Shown here piece by piece: positions 20,055 to 30,847 of a stretch of DNA of 64,000 bases. Position 1 is the stretch's first letter. Every line of letters begins with the position of its first letter. Position numbers and translations under genes: made by a program. The notes under the pieces were generated by a model. That model made no database searches, was not told where the DNA came from, and worked only from the letters and a program-made list of their open reading frames with translations. This stretch comes from a virus, in IMG/VR virus record IMGVR_UViG_3300032246_001180, positions 1 to 64,000 of that record. The stretch is one strand, 5' to 3'.

Positions 20055-21383
20055 ATGTATCTCACCGAAGAACTACAAAAGAAATGGGAACCAGTTTTGG
20101 ATCATCCAGAACTTGACTCCATCAAAGACCCATACAAGCGTGCCGTTACTGCCCTTGTTTTGGAAAACCAACAACAAGCTATGGCTCAAGACCGTAGACA
20201 GCTGAACGAAATCGCTGATGCTGGTCCTACAAACGCAACCGGTTCTGGTGTTGCTAACTTCGACCCAATCTTGATTAGTTTGGTTCGCCGTGCATTACCT
20301 AATCTTATCGCTTATGACGTTGCTGGCGTTCAGCCAATGACTGGTCCTACAGGTTTGATTTTCGCAATGCGTGCTCGTTACACAAACCAGTCTGGTACAG
20401 AAGCTTTCTACAACGAAGCCAACACTGCTTATACAGGCGTTACTTCTGTTAACAACCCATACGGTTTCCGTGGTACTGCTGTTACTGACGTTGCAACAAA
20501 CCCTGTTGCTGACTTCACTGCTAACGCTTTCACAACTGGTATTGCTCGCACTACTGCTACTGCTGAATTCTTAGGTTCAGATAGCAATGCAGACTTCCAG
20601 CAAATGGCTTTCTCTATTGAGAAAGTTACTGTAACTGCTCAAAGCCGTGCGTTGAAAGCAGAATACTCTTTAGAACTTGCACAAGACTTGAAAGCAATTC
20701 ATGGTCTTGATGCTGAAACAGAATTGTCTAACATTCTGTCTACAGAGATTCTTTCTGAAATCAACCGTGAAGTTATCCGTACAATCTATACTTGCGCTGT
20801 AACTGGTGCTCAGTATGGTACAACAACTGCTGGTTATTTCGACCTTGACACAGACTCTAACGGCCGTTGGTCTGTTGAGCGTTTCAAAGGTTTGATTTTC
20901 CAAATCGAACGTGATGCTAACGTAATCGCTAAGCAAACTCGTCGTGGCAAAGGTAACGTATTGATTGTTTCTTCAGACGTAGCATCTGCAATGGCTATGG
21001 CTGGCGTTCTTCAGTATACACCTGCTCTACAAGCTGACTTACAAGTTGACGATACAGGCAATACATTTGCTGGTTTGTTACACGGTCGTATCAAAGTTTA
21101 CATTGACCCATACTTCGGTGGCTACACAAGCAACCAAGAATTGGTAACTGTAGGCTACAAAGGTTCATCACCTTATGATGCTGGTCTGTTCTATTGCCCA
21201 TACGTTCCATTACAAATGGTTCGTGCAGTTGACCAGTTCACATTCCAACCAAAGATTGGTTTCAAGACTCGTTACGGCATGGTTGCAAACCCATTTGCCG
21301 AAGGTCAAGGCGCTGGTTCAGGTTTGTTGAATGCTCGCACCAACAAATACTATCGTATTTTCGGTGTAAAGAACTTGATGTAA
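20055..21383 (+). CDS. gp23: Major capsid protein gp23
   Basis: GVQPMTGPTGLIFAMR; SRALKAEYSLELAQDLKAIHGLDAE; FQPKIGFKTRYG. Confidence 0.98.
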   Translation: MYLTEELQKKWEPVLDHPELDSIKDPYKRAVTALVLENQQQAMAQDRRQLNEIADAGPTNATGSGVANFDPILISLVRRALPNLIAYDVAGVQPMTGPTGLIFAMRARYTNQSGTEAFYNEANTAYTGVTSVNNPYGFRGTAVTDVATNPVADFTANAFTTGIARTTATAEFLGSDSNADFQQMAFSIEKVTVTAQSRALKAEYSLELAQDLKAIHGLDAETELSNILSTEILSEINREVIRTIYTCAVTGAQYGTTTAGYFDLDTDSNGRWSVERFKGLIFQIERDANVIAKQTRRGKGNVLIVSSDVASAMAMAGVLQYTPALQADLQVDDTGNTFAGLLHGRIKVYIDPYFGGYTSNQELVTVGYKGSSPYDAGLFYCPYVPLQMVRAVDQFTFQPKIGFKTRYGMVANPFAEGQGAGSGLLNARTNKYYRIFGVKNLM

Positions 21384-21413
21384 TCAAGAAGTTCCCGTTA
21401 AGAGGAACGTTTG

Positions 21414-21442
21414 AAAGACCACCTTCGGGTGGTCTTTTTTTT
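21414..21442 (+). terminator. Intrinsic terminator after gp23
   Basis: AAAGACCACC-TTCG-GGTGGTCTTT plus T run; cUUCGg tetraloop. Confidence 0.88.
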
Positions 21443-21491
21443 GGCTCCTAAATAATGTTATGAGTGAAACATTAAAGGACTATCTTAATAA

Positions 21492-22028
21492 ATGACAGCT
21501 ACTAATAGAGCACCACAAAACAATAATTTGTTACAAGCCACTAAATTTTTGGTTTCTTTTAACAGAATACCCACCACAACATTTTACTGTCAATCTGTTA
21601 GTTTGCCGGGAGTAAGCGTTGGTCAAGCACCATTACCATTTTCAGGTATACAAGCGTATGCACCAGGTAATCAAATTACATATAACAACTTTAATATGGT
21701 ATTCACTATTGATGAAGAAATGAAATCATGGAAAGAAATATACAATTGGTTCCTTTCTTTTTCTTCACCTAAAGGTTCTGAGGAAAGAAACAGACAAACT
21801 TCTCAACAAAACCAATATAGTCTTTCTAAGAATTCTTCAGCAATGAAAGCATATTCGGATGGTACTTTGACTGTATTAAATGCCTTAAATAATCCTGTAC
21901 AAAGAATACAGTTCATTAATATGTTCCCCGTATCTTTATCCGATATTCAATTTGATACCAAATCTTCGGCAGATGATATCATTACTGGTGATGCCACTTT
22001 TGTATTTGAAAGGTTTGAGTTTATCTAA
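21492..22028 (+). CDS. gp3: Tail completion protein gp3
   Basis: FYCQSVSLPGVS; IDEEMKSWKEIYNW; FPVSLSDIQF. Confidence 0.8.
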   Translation: MTATNRAPQNNNLLQATKFLVSFNRIPTTTFYCQSVSLPGVSVGQAPLPFSGIQAYAPGNQITYNNFNMVFTIDEEMKSWKEIYNWFLSFSSPKGSEERNRQTSQQNQYSLSKNSSAMKAYSDGTLTVLNALNNPVQRIQFINMFPVSLSDIQFDTKSSADDIITGDATFVFERFEFI

Positions 22029-22035
22029 CATAGGC

Positions 22036-22065
22036 TTGACACGATAACATAAGATATGTTACCAT
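22036..22065 (+). promoter_or_regulatory. Sigma70-type promoter for uvsY
   Basis: TTGACA-18-TACCAT with extended -10 TG. Confidence 0.55.
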
Positions 22066-22096
22066 GTAGAATTAATGTTAGAATATTGAAAATATT

Positions 22097-22531
22097 ATGG
22101 AAAACTTAGAACAGGTATTAAAAAATTGGGAACGTGATGCGGAGATGGACCAGACTGAACCTGGAAAAGAACTCATTAAGATTCCTATCTTACATAACAA
22201 ATATCTTTCCATTCTTACAAAGCATAAGATTGCTTCTAAGAAGGCTCATTTCGATTTTCTCCGTATGAAAAAAATTAAATGGGAATATTACACAGGTAAA
22301 ATGTCCCGTGAAGACCTTGAACAGTATGGATGGGAACCATTTCAATTTACACTCAAGTCAGATATCACCACATATCTAGAAGCAGACTCCGACTTAATCA
22401 AATTATTAGAAAAAAAAACATACCACGAAGAAGTGGTTTCGGTTATTGAATCTATTATGCAGGAATTAAAATCTAGAACGTTCCAATTGAAAGATTTTAT
22501 TTCATGGGAGAAATTTATTGGTGGACAGTAA
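22097..22531 (+). CDS. uvsY: Recombination mediator UvsY
   Basis: KIPILHNKYL; KWEYYTGK; YLEADSDL; precedes uvsW. Confidence 0.88.
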   Translation: MENLEQVLKNWERDAEMDQTEPGKELIKIPILHNKYLSILTKHKIASKKAHFDFLRMKKIKWEYYTGKMSREDLEQYGWEPFQFTLKSDITTYLEADSDLIKLLEKKTYHEEVVSVIESIMQELKSRTFQLKDFISWEKFIGGQ

Positions 22532-24023
22532 TTTACTGAACAGTAAAGAACATCTTTTAATAGAAAAAGTAAATGAAGTATTTTTAAAGGTTGAATGTGA
22601 GAAACATTTGGCCAAAGAGTTATCTGAATTCTTTACGTTCTTTGTACCTGGTTATCAATTTGTACCAGCATATCGAAACAAGATATGGGATGGTAAGATT
22701 CGTTTGTTTGATTTAAGAAATAATAACCTGTATATTGGTCTGTTACCATACTTAGAACAGTTTTGTGTTGAAAGAGATTACACATACTCACACGATTTTG
22801 TTGAAGATGAGTTTTCAGTATATCACGCAAATAAGTTTATTGAAAGCCTTGATATACACGCAAGAGGTGAACAATTAGAAGTCCGTGAACATCAACTTAA
22901 TGCGTTTGTTCATTCCATGCAGTCCAAACGTGTATTGTTAGTATCTCCTACCGCATCTGGTAAATCTCTCATCATCTACTTACTGTTTAGACAACTACAT
23001 CAGTATCAAAACTTAAAAGGTCTGGTGATTGTTCCAACCACTTCTTTGGTTGAACAGTTGTATTCAGACTTTGCTGACTATAATAACGATAACATGGAAA
23101 CTTATCTCCATCGTATCTATCAAGGCAAAGACAAGAACACAGACAAAGCTTTGACCATCTCCACATGGCAATCTTTATACAAGATGCCTAAAGAATACTT
23201 TGAACAGTTTGATTATGTGATAGGAGATGAAGCTCACCTATTCAAAGCACAGTCTTTAACAACCATTCTTACATCTTGTGTTAATGCCAAATATAGAATT
23301 GGACTTACAGGAACGTTGGATGGAACAAAAACGCACAAGTTAGTATTGGAAGGGTTGTTCGGACCGGTAAAACAAGTTACTACCACTAAAGAATTAATTG
23401 ATAAGAAACAACTTGCAGACTTTGAGATTAAATGCCTAATACTTAAACACAATGATGATACTGCCAAGTTTTTAAAAGACAAAGAATACAACGATGAAAT
23501 TCAATATCTTATTTCTAATGAAAAAAGAAACAAATTTATTAAAAACCTTGCGGTAAGTTTAAACTCCAATACACTAGTTTTGTATCAAATGGTTGACAAA
23601 CACGGTAGAATACTGTATGATATGATTAGTCAAACAAAGAATATTGGCGATAGAAAAGTTTTCTTTGTCCACGGTGGTACAGACACCGAAGATAGAGAAG
23701 AAATTAGAAGAATTATGGAGATTGAAAATGATGCGATTGTTGTTGCTAGCTTTGGTACTTTTAGTACCGGTATTAACATACGAAATTTACACAACATCAT
23801 CTTTGCTAGTCCAAGCAAAAGCAGAATTAGAAATCTACAAAGCATTGGTCGAGGGTTGCGGCAATCTGAAGGAAAAGAAATTGCCACACTCTACGACATT
23901 GCAGATGATTTAAGAGTGGGAAAGCACATGAATTATACATTAAAACATTTCGTGGAAAGAGTTAAGATATATAATGAGGAGAGTTTCCCATTCAAAATTT
24001 ACAAAATAGGACTTAACAAATGA
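22518..24023 (+). CDS. uvsW: DNA helicase UvsW
   Basis: WDGKIRLF; SPTASGKS; GDEAH; QSIGRGLR. Confidence 0.95.
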   Translation: MVDSNLLNSKEHLLIEKVNEVFLKVECEKHLAKELSEFFTFFVPGYQFVPAYRNKIWDGKIRLFDLRNNNLYIGLLPYLEQFCVERDYTYSHDFVEDEFSVYHANKFIESLDIHARGEQLEVREHQLNAFVHSMQSKRVLLVSPTASGKSLIIYLLFRQLHQYQNLKGLVIVPTTSLVEQLYSDFADYNNDNMETYLHRIYQGKDKNTDKALTISTWQSLYKMPKEYFEQFDYVIGDEAHLFKAQSLTTILTSCVNAKYRIGLTGTLDGTKTHKLVLEGLFGPVKQVTTTKELIDKKQLADFEIKCLILKHNDDTAKFLKDKEYNDEIQYLISNEKRNKFIKNLAVSLNSNTLVLYQMVDKHGRILYDMISQTKNIGDRKVFFVHGGTDTEDREEIRRIMEIENDAIVVASFGTFSTGINIRNLHNIIFASPSKSRIRNLQSIGRGLRQSEGKEIATLYDIADDLRVGKHMNYTLKHFVERVKIYNEESFPFKIYKIGLNK

Positions 24024-24391
24024 ACGATATTAGAATAGTTCGATTAAAGAGTGGTGAAGATATTATTGGTAGTATATGTACTAAAGATGAATTCATTGAG
24101 ATGGCAGAACCGATGACTGTTGACATTGTGCATAACAGAGGTGAAAATGGATTGGTAATGAGTCATTGGTTGCCTGTACAACTAATTAAGAAAAATGAAA
24201 TCAAACTTAACAAAAATGATATTCTAACAACCTTTGAACCTAATGATGAATTCTGTGAATATTATTCAAATACGGTAAAGAAGATATCGATGCTGTTAAA
24301 AGCAAAAGAGATTGCAGACAAGATGACCGATGAAGAAGTTGAGGAAGTCATGGAAGCTTTACAAGAAGGTAATGGAGAAACAATTCATTAA
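24020..24391 (+). CDS. Hypothetical Sm-like protein
   Basis: IVRLKSGEDIIG N-terminus; between uvsW and gp55. Confidence 0.6.
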   Translation: MNDIRIVRLKSGEDIIGSICTKDEFIEMAEPMTVDIVHNRGENGLVMSHWLPVQLIKKNEIKLNKNDILTTFEPNDEFCEYYSNTVKKISMLLKAKEIADKMTDEEVEEVMEALQEGNGETIH

Positions 24392-24479
24392 ACATATTCA
24401 AAGGGGGACACACCGAACCTTACAGGTTGTCAAGCCCTTTGTCAAGCATTATTAATGGTATATTTTAAGTGAGATAATT

Positions 24480-25016
24480 ATGGCTAAACAAAAACACTAT
24501 ATTAACAACGCAGACTTTATGCAGGCTCTTGTAGCTTACAAAGAATCTTGTATCAAGGCTGAATCCGAGAAACGACCTGTACCAGCTATTCCTAATTATA
24601 TTGGTGAATGCTTTATGAAAATTGCAGAAGGTCTTTCACACAAGCCAAATTTCATTAACTATACTTATCGTGAAGATATGATATCGGATGGTATAGAAAA
24701 TTGTCTTCAATATTTTAATAATTTTGATCCTACAAAATCTAATAATCCGTTTGCCTATTTTACACAAGTAATATATTTTGCTTTTCTACGAAGAATACAA
24801 AAAGAAAAGAAACAACAATACGTCAAATACAAAGCAACAGAACAAATGGGTATACTTGATGAATTTGAAATGATGGAATTTGAAGATGGTTCTTCTAAAC
24901 AATTTCAACTGTATGATAATATTGCCGAATTTATAGAAAACTATGAAGTTGCCAGAGAAACTAAAAAGGCAGCAACCAAAAAAATAAAAGGTATTGAAAA
25001 ATTCTTGGGAGAATAA
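24480..25016 (+). CDS. gp55: Late-transcription sigma factor gp55
   Basis: HYINNADF; NFINYTYREDMISDGIENC; NPFAYFTQ. Confidence 0.95.
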   Translation: MAKQKHYINNADFMQALVAYKESCIKAESEKRPVPAIPNYIGECFMKIAEGLSHKPNFINYTYREDMISDGIENCLQYFNNFDPTKSNNPFAYFTQVIYFAFLRRIQKEKKQQYVKYKATEQMGILDEFEMMEFEDGSSKQFQLYDNIAEFIENYEVARETKKAATKKIKGIEKFLGE

Positions 25017-25017
25017 T

Positions 25018-25443
25018 ATGGCTATGAGAGTTGGATTTACTTGTTCTACATTTGATTTGTTTCATGCAGGACACATGATGATGTTGAAAGAGGCAAAAGA
25101 ACAATGTGATTATCTTATAGTAGGACTACAAACCGACCCTACCATAGATAGGCCAGATACCAAAAACAAACCGGTACAAACACTCTTTGAACGATTTGTT
25201 CAGTTGGACTCTTGTAAGTATGTGGATGAAATCATTCCTTATTCTACCGAAAAAGAATTGACGGACATATTGCTTTCTTATCCAATTGATGTTAGAATAG
25301 TAGGAGAAGAATACAAAGATAAAGAATTTACAGGTCGAAATTTGGATATTGATTTATTTTTTAATTCTCGCAAACACAGTTTTAGTACCACATCTTTGCG
25401 TAAAAGAGTTAAAGAAGCCGAGGAGAGAAAACAAAATGTATAA
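25018..25443 (+). CDS. Cytidylyltransferase (TagD-like)
   Basis: GFTCSTFDLFHAGH (HxGH); RKHSFSTTSLR. Confidence 0.85.
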   Translation: MAMRVGFTCSTFDLFHAGHMMMLKEAKEQCDYLIVGLQTDPTIDRPDTKNKPVQTLFERFVQLDSCKYVDEIIPYSTEKELTDILLSYPIDVRIVGEEYKDKEFTGRNLDIDLFFNSRKHSFSTTSLRKRVKEAEERKQNV

Positions 25444-25603
25444 AGTTTGCTATTACCCAACCAACACAGAAACATCAGTTTTTTTTAAGTGGTTTAAATC
25501 ATTACATGAAGCAATTCTTTTTGCAAACGACAGACCTATGAATTCAGTTTTAGAAATTAAATACTATGACGATGTTGACCACAAAAAACCAGACCGAAAC
25601 TAA
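25436..25603 (+). CDS. Small hypothetical protein
   Basis: AGGAGAG SD; ATG 25436 (MYKVCYY...). Confidence 0.5.
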   Translation: MYKVCYYPTNTETSVFFKWFKSLHEAILFANDRPMNSVLEIKYYDDVDHKKPDRN

Positions 25604-26681
25604 AGTAGCAATCATTACTGACCAACACTTTGGTGCCAGAAATGATTCTACACACTTTTTAGATTATTATGAGAAATTTTATAGAGATATTTTCTTCCCA
25701 ACCATTGACAATAGTGGCATTAATACTGTTCTTATACTCGGTGATACGTTTGATAGGCGTAAATATATAAACTTCTTTTCTCTCAAAAGAACCAAAGAAA
25801 TGTTCTTTGACAAGTTGGCAGAGAGAAATATTCAAGTACATATGTTGGCAGGTAATCACGATACCTATTACAAGAACACCAACGATGTTAACTCTGTAGA
25901 CCTATTGTTGCGTGAATATACAAACATTAATGTTATTGATACTCCACAAACAATACATTTAAACTATGAGGACACAGCTGCGGATATTTGTATGATTCCT
26001 TGGATTTGTGCAGAGAATTATGATAACAGTTTGTCAGAAATTAAAAATACTTCAGCCACACTTTGCATGGGGCATTTTGAAATTGCAGGTTTTGCAATGC
26101 ATCGAGGTATGCCATCACAAGAAGGATTAAGTCGTGAACTTTTTAGAAAATTTGATTATACTTTCAGCGGTCATTATCACCACAAATCTAGCTCTGATGG
26201 CATATATTATCTCGGTAATCCATACGAACTTACTTGGCAAGATTATAATGATATCCGTGGTTTCCATCTTTTTGATATCGCTTCTAGGGAACTTGAGTTT
26301 ATTCCTAATACGAATGTGATGTTTCATCGTATTGTATATGATGATAAAGAACAATCGATTACCGAAATTACCAACAAAGACTTAACAGGTTATACCAACA
26401 CCTATGTTAAAGTTGTGGTACTAAACAAAACTAATCCTTATCTGTTCGATAAGTTTATGAATAATCTTTACAATGTTAATCCAATCGATATTACCATTGC
26501 AGAAGATTTTACAGACTTGACAGAAGGTGTCGAAGATGATATGATAGACCAAGCAGAAGATACTATCACCATTATTAATAAGTTTGTGGATGGTATTCAA
26601 GAAGACCACATTGACAATGAAAAACTAAAAACTGTTTTGCGTGGACTTTATGTTGAGGCATTGAATTTGGAACAAGCATGA
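25566..26681 (+). CDS. gp47: Recombination nuclease subunit gp47 (Mre11/SbcD-like)
   Basis: ITDQHFGAR; LGDTFDRRK; GNHD; SGHYHH. Confidence 0.94.
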   Translation: MTMLTTKNQTETKVAIITDQHFGARNDSTHFLDYYEKFYRDIFFPTIDNSGINTVLILGDTFDRRKYINFFSLKRTKEMFFDKLAERNIQVHMLAGNHDTYYKNTNDVNSVDLLLREYTNINVIDTPQTIHLNYEDTAADICMIPWICAENYDNSLSEIKNTSATLCMGHFEIAGFAMHRGMPSQEGLSRELFRKFDYTFSGHYHHKSSSDGIYYLGNPYELTWQDYNDIRGFHLFDIASRELEFIPNTNVMFHRIVYDDKEQSITEITNKDLTGYTNTYVKVVVLNKTNPYLFDKFMNNLYNVNPIDITIAEDFTDLTEGVEDDMIDQAEDTITIINKFVDGIQEDHIDNEKLKTVLRGLYVEALNLEQA

Positions 26682-27247
26682 ACTCGTTAGTTGTAGAAAA
26701 TGTTTTTAGTGATGAAGAACTTAAAACTATGTGTGAGTATTTTGATAGTCATGGTGAATTAAAATCTGGCAACACACTCACTATGGAAAATAATTCTGCA
26801 ACAACAAATACCAGTTCATGGAGAATTTCTGAAGTATCTTTCTTTGAAAGACGTAACACAGAAATCAAATGGATTTTTGATAGGTTGGATAAGAAGATAC
26901 TGGCTGTTAACAAAGATACATTTAAATTCAAATTGAATGGTTATGATGGTTTTCAATATGGCGTATATCCTGTAAACGGTGAATACAAATTTCATCCTGA
27001 TACTATGCAAGGACGATTAGGTGTTAGAAAACTTTCTATATCATTGTTGTTAAATGAACCAGGTATAGATTTTGAAGGTGGTGAATTGTTGTTTAATACA
27101 GGTAGTGAAAACAAACCCGAAATTGTAGACTTAAAAAAAGGTTCGATGATTTTATTTCCGTCTTATTTACTTCATGCGGTATCACCTGTAAAAAAAGGAA
27201 CAAGAAAATCTCTTGTTATTTGGGTTGAAGGACCAAATTTTATATGA
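26678..27247 (+). CDS. 2OG-Fe(II) oxygenase
   Basis: HPD...RKLSISLLL...FEGG...FPSYLLHAVSPV..GTRKSLVIW. Confidence 0.88.
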   Translation: MNSLVVENVFSDEELKTMCEYFDSHGELKSGNTLTMENNSATTNTSSWRISEVSFFERRNTEIKWIFDRLDKKILAVNKDTFKFKLNGYDGFQYGVYPVNGEYKFHPDTMQGRLGVRKLSISLLLNEPGIDFEGGELLFNTGSENKPEIVDLKKGSMILFPSYLLHAVSPVKKGTRKSLVIWVEGPNFI

Positions 27248-28959
27248 TTATTTTTCAATGTGTTCGGTGGAAAAACTTTCTTTCCACAGGGAACAATTTT
27301 ACAGAAATTAATTTTCTCAAATCACAAAACACACTCATCATTGGTAACAATGGTGCAGGTAAATCCACAATTTTGGATGCATTGTGTTTTGGTTTATTTG
27401 GAAAACCTTTTCGTAAAATCAACAAACCTCAGTTATTAAATTCTATTAACCAACAAAATTGTGTGGTTGAAATTGAATTCTCTATTGGTAAAAAACAATA
27501 CAAAATCATTCGTGGTATTAAACCAAATATGTTTGAAGTGTATTGTAACGGCGTTATGGTCGACCAAGATGCCAAGGCAAAAGACTATCAAGAACATCTA
27601 GAGAAGTTTATTCTCAAATTAAATTATAAGTCTTTCACGCAAGTTGTCATCCTTGGTTCGGCTTCTTTTGTTCCTTTTATGCAATTGTCACCAGCTGACC
27701 GCAGAACAATCATAGAAGACTTGTTGGATATTGGAATTTTCTCATCAATGAATACCATTGTAAAAGAGAAAATGGCTATCATTAAAGATACTTCCGGCAA
27801 ACGTAAGTATTCTATGGACTTAACGTCTGAAAAAATTAAGATGCAACAAAGTGCAATCGAAGAACACAAGAAACACAATGATGCTGAGATTGAAAAGAAA
27901 CAAAAAGAAATCGAAGAATCACAGACACAAGTTAATCAGTTGACCACAGACATTAAATTAATTCAAAAACATATTGATAGTTTGAATAATAAAATTTCTG
28001 ATAAGTTGTTAATAGAAAAGAAAAGTTCTAAACTAGTACAATTAGAATCTAAACTTGAAACCAAATTACGAAAATTAGAAAAAGAAGAAAAATTCTATGA
28101 AGAAAACCACGACTGCCCAACCTGTAAACAAAGTATCGATGACACATTCAGAAGTAATCAACTTGGTGGAATCAATCAAACAAAAGGAGAAGTTGGAGTT
28201 GCAGTTAAGGATATCGAAACTAAAATCCAAGAAACAAACCAACGCATCGAAGAAATCCAAAAAATAGTTAAACACATTCAGGCACATAACAATGAAATTG
28301 TCAAACACACCTCTACAATTTCCGCCGTCAACACCTACATTGGCAAACTCAACTTGGAAATCCAAAATCTTTCAACGCATAAGAATAGCTTGGAAGATGA
28401 GAATGAGAAACTTAAGGAACTCAAAGGAGAGTTGTCCGTGTTGCTCAGACAGATGGAAGAACTATCGATAGAGAAACAATACTATGAGTTTGCTGGTAAT
28501 CTATTGAAAGATACTGGCATTAAAACAAAAATCATTCGTCAGTATTTACCTATTATGAACAAGTTAATCAACAAGTACCTGACTGCCATGGACTTCTTTG
28601 TTAACTTTAATATCAATGAATCTTTTGAAGAAACAATTAAGAGTAGACACCGTGATGAATTCTCATATGCCAATTTCTCCGAAGGTGAGAAGATGCGTAT
28701 TGATTTGGCATTGTTGTTCACATGGCGACAAATAGCAAAATTAAAAAATTCAACAAACACCAACTTGTTGATTTTAGATGAAGTATTTGATTCATCTTTG
28801 GATGGTGTTGGTACAGAAGAATTTTTGAAATTAATACATGAGATGGGTTCAGACACAAACGTGTTTGTTATCTCACACAAAGGTGACCTATTATTTGATA
28901 AATTTAGGTCAATCATTAAATTTGAAAAGAAAAATAACTTTAGTCAGGTGGCAAAATGA
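27244..28959 (+). CDS. gp46: Recombination ATPase gp46 (Rad50/SbcC-like)
   Basis: GNNGAGKST; CPTC zinc hook; FSEGEKMRIDL; LDEVFD. Confidence 0.95.
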   Translation: MIIFQCVRWKNFLSTGNNFTEINFLKSQNTLIIGNNGAGKSTILDALCFGLFGKPFRKINKPQLLNSINQQNCVVEIEFSIGKKQYKIIRGIKPNMFEVYCNGVMVDQDAKAKDYQEHLEKFILKLNYKSFTQVVILGSASFVPFMQLSPADRRTIIEDLLDIGIFSSMNTIVKEKMAIIKDTSGKRKYSMDLTSEKIKMQQSAIEEHKKHNDAEIEKKQKEIEESQTQVNQLTTDIKLIQKHIDSLNNKISDKLLIEKKSSKLVQLESKLETKLRKLEKEEKFYEENHDCPTCKQSIDDTFRSNQLGGINQTKGEVGVAVKDIETKIQETNQRIEEIQKIVKHIQAHNNEIVKHTSTISAVNTYIGKLNLEIQNLSTHKNSLEDENEKLKELKGELSVLLRQMEELSIEKQYYEFAGNLLKDTGIKTKIIRQYLPIMNKLINKYLTAMDFFVNFNINESFEETIKSRHRDEFSYANFSEGEKMRIDLALLFTWRQIAKLKNSTNTNLLILDEVFDSSLDGVGTEEFLKLIHEMGSDTNVFVISHKGDLLFDKFRSIIKFEKKNNFSQVAK

Positions 28960-29531
28960 GTGATACAATCGTTTTTAATACAACAGATACCTTAAAAGGT
29001 AAAAACTATGTCAAAACCTATTCAATACCAAGATTTGATTTGGTGGGTGAAAACAATCCAATCTTGTTGGAGGTAATGCCTGAATTTGATTTCAGTAATC
29101 CTTCAGTCGATCCATCTGAGTTTGCTTCATCATTGGTTGAAACTTGCAAAGACAATAAAGGATATGGACTATCAGCCAATCAATGTGGTTTTAGATATCG
29201 AGTGTTTGTTATGGGTGCCAATGATGATTATGTTGCATTTTTTAATCCTAAGATTATAGCCTCTTATGACGAAGCACACATGGTAGAAGGATGTCTTTCT
29301 TTTCCATTATTAGGTTTAAGAATTACCAGGCCTGCGGCCGTGGATGTAGAGTATCAGGACTACAATGGTGAAAAGAAAACGGCACACTTTACTGGCATAT
29401 CTGCTCGTTGTTTTCAACATGAGCTTGACCACATGAACGGAATAGTATATACTAAGAGAGTGAAACCACTTGCATTGCAAATGGGTATGCAGAAACGTAA
29501 CAAACTAATTAAGAAATTGCGTATAAGATAA
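28956..29531 (+). CDS. def: Peptide deformylase
   Basis: GLSANQCG; EGCLSFP; QHELDH. Confidence 0.93.
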   Translation: MSDTIVFNTTDTLKGKNYVKTYSIPRFDLVGENNPILLEVMPEFDFSNPSVDPSEFASSLVETCKDNKGYGLSANQCGFRYRVFVMGANDDYVAFFNPKIIASYDEAHMVEGCLSFPLLGLRITRPAAVDVEYQDYNGEKKTAHFTGISARCFQHELDHMNGIVYTKRVKPLALQMGMQKRNKLIKKLRIR

Positions 29532-30796
29532 TGGCGACACCAATTGAATTTGTAGACAAACAATGGGCTGAATGGCAAGAAGCCAATCCTGTTTCTAAGT
29601 TTGAACACATAGACAAAGAAGAATTAACCAAGACCTTAATTGAGGACTTAACCAAAGCTTCTCAGATGGATGTTCGTGAATATACTTTATACCAAAAATG
29701 GTGTGAAGTTAAAGAACGATATCCGGTCTTTGAAGCCTCAACTCTTTGGGGTACAGAAGTTCAGATGGTTAATCCCGAGCAAAAAGAACTTATCGATAAA
29801 GTTAAGGCCAATTTTTGGATGCCAGAATCTCCTGATGATTATGAGAAATTAAAGCCTGTAATGAAATTGCATAATGGCGAACTTGCAGAAACATGGAATG
29901 CCATTCGTACATTTTCATCTACAATGAAAAACAATTCTAATATTGGACGTAATTTGTTTTATACTGTTACGGATGATGTAACAGGTAAGTATCTTGGTGT
30001 CATTTGTATATCGTCAGATTTCTTGGATTTAACTCCAAGAGATAAGGCAATTGGATGGCCAAGAGAAGTTAAGACACAACAAGGCATGATTAACCATACC
30101 GCTATTGGCTCTACTATAGTACCGTTACAGCCGTTGGGTTACAATTATATGGGCGGAAAACTATTAGCTTTGTTGTGTCTTTCCGATACAGTACAAAAAG
30201 ACTGGAAATCAAGATACGATGATGTACTAGTTGGTGTAACAACCACATCTCTTTATGGTGCCACGAAGGCAGGAGGCCTGTCCCAATACGATGGATTAGA
30301 ACATTGGAACAAGATGGGTTTTAGTTCAGGTTCGGTTGCATTTGAACCATCCAGAAAAACTATGAATATGGTATTTGATTGGATTAAAGAAAATCATACC
30401 AGAAAATATTTTGAATGGTGGGAAGCCAAGAACTTGAATGGTCTGCCACTTAAACGTGACCACAAGAATCGGTCTTTAAACTTTGCCTATCCAAAACTAG
30501 GCATCGATAAAAAATTGATTCGTACCGAACATCAGCGAGGAATTTATTTTTCTCCGCTGTATGAGAACACCAATGAATTCTTGCGGAAAGAAATTGGTGA
30601 AGATAAACTGGTAAAGTTATTCGATACCAGTGAGGAAGCTCTTGCCAATATTTGGAAAACCAAGTATGCTAAGGGTCGAATTAGGCAATTACAGAAAAAG
30701 AATACCGTTTCTTACGATTCTCTTTTCTATGATGACCTGATTTATTTGTCTTGGGAAGAAACCAAGGCAAAGTATTTGCCACAAGTTGGCAGATAA
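29531..30796 (+). CDS. DUF4338-like protein, copy 1
   Basis: PLQPLGYNYMGGKLLALL; TTTSLYG; SQYDG. Confidence 0.6.
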   Translation: MATPIEFVDKQWAEWQEANPVSKFEHIDKEELTKTLIEDLTKASQMDVREYTLYQKWCEVKERYPVFEASTLWGTEVQMVNPEQKELIDKVKANFWMPESPDDYEKLKPVMKLHNGELAETWNAIRTFSSTMKNNSNIGRNLFYTVTDDVTGKYLGVICISSDFLDLTPRDKAIGWPREVKTQQGMINHTAIGSTIVPLQPLGYNYMGGKLLALLCLSDTVQKDWKSRYDDVLVGVTTTSLYGATKAGGLSQYDGLEHWNKMGFSSGSVAFEPSRKTMNMVFDWIKENHTRKYFEWWEAKNLNGLPLKRDHKNRSLNFAYPKLGIDKKLIRTEHQRGIYFSPLYENTNEFLRKEIGEDKLVKLFDTSEEALANIWKTKYAKGRIRQLQKKNTVSYDSLFYDDLIYLSWEETKAKYLPQVGR

Positions 30797-30817
30797 TACA
30801 AGTATACCGCAATATGC

Positions 30818-30847
30818 TTGACACACACACATATATAATGTTATGAT
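30818..30847 (+). promoter_or_regulatory. Sigma70-type promoter
   Basis: TTGACA-18-TATGAT with extended -10 TG. Confidence 0.6.
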
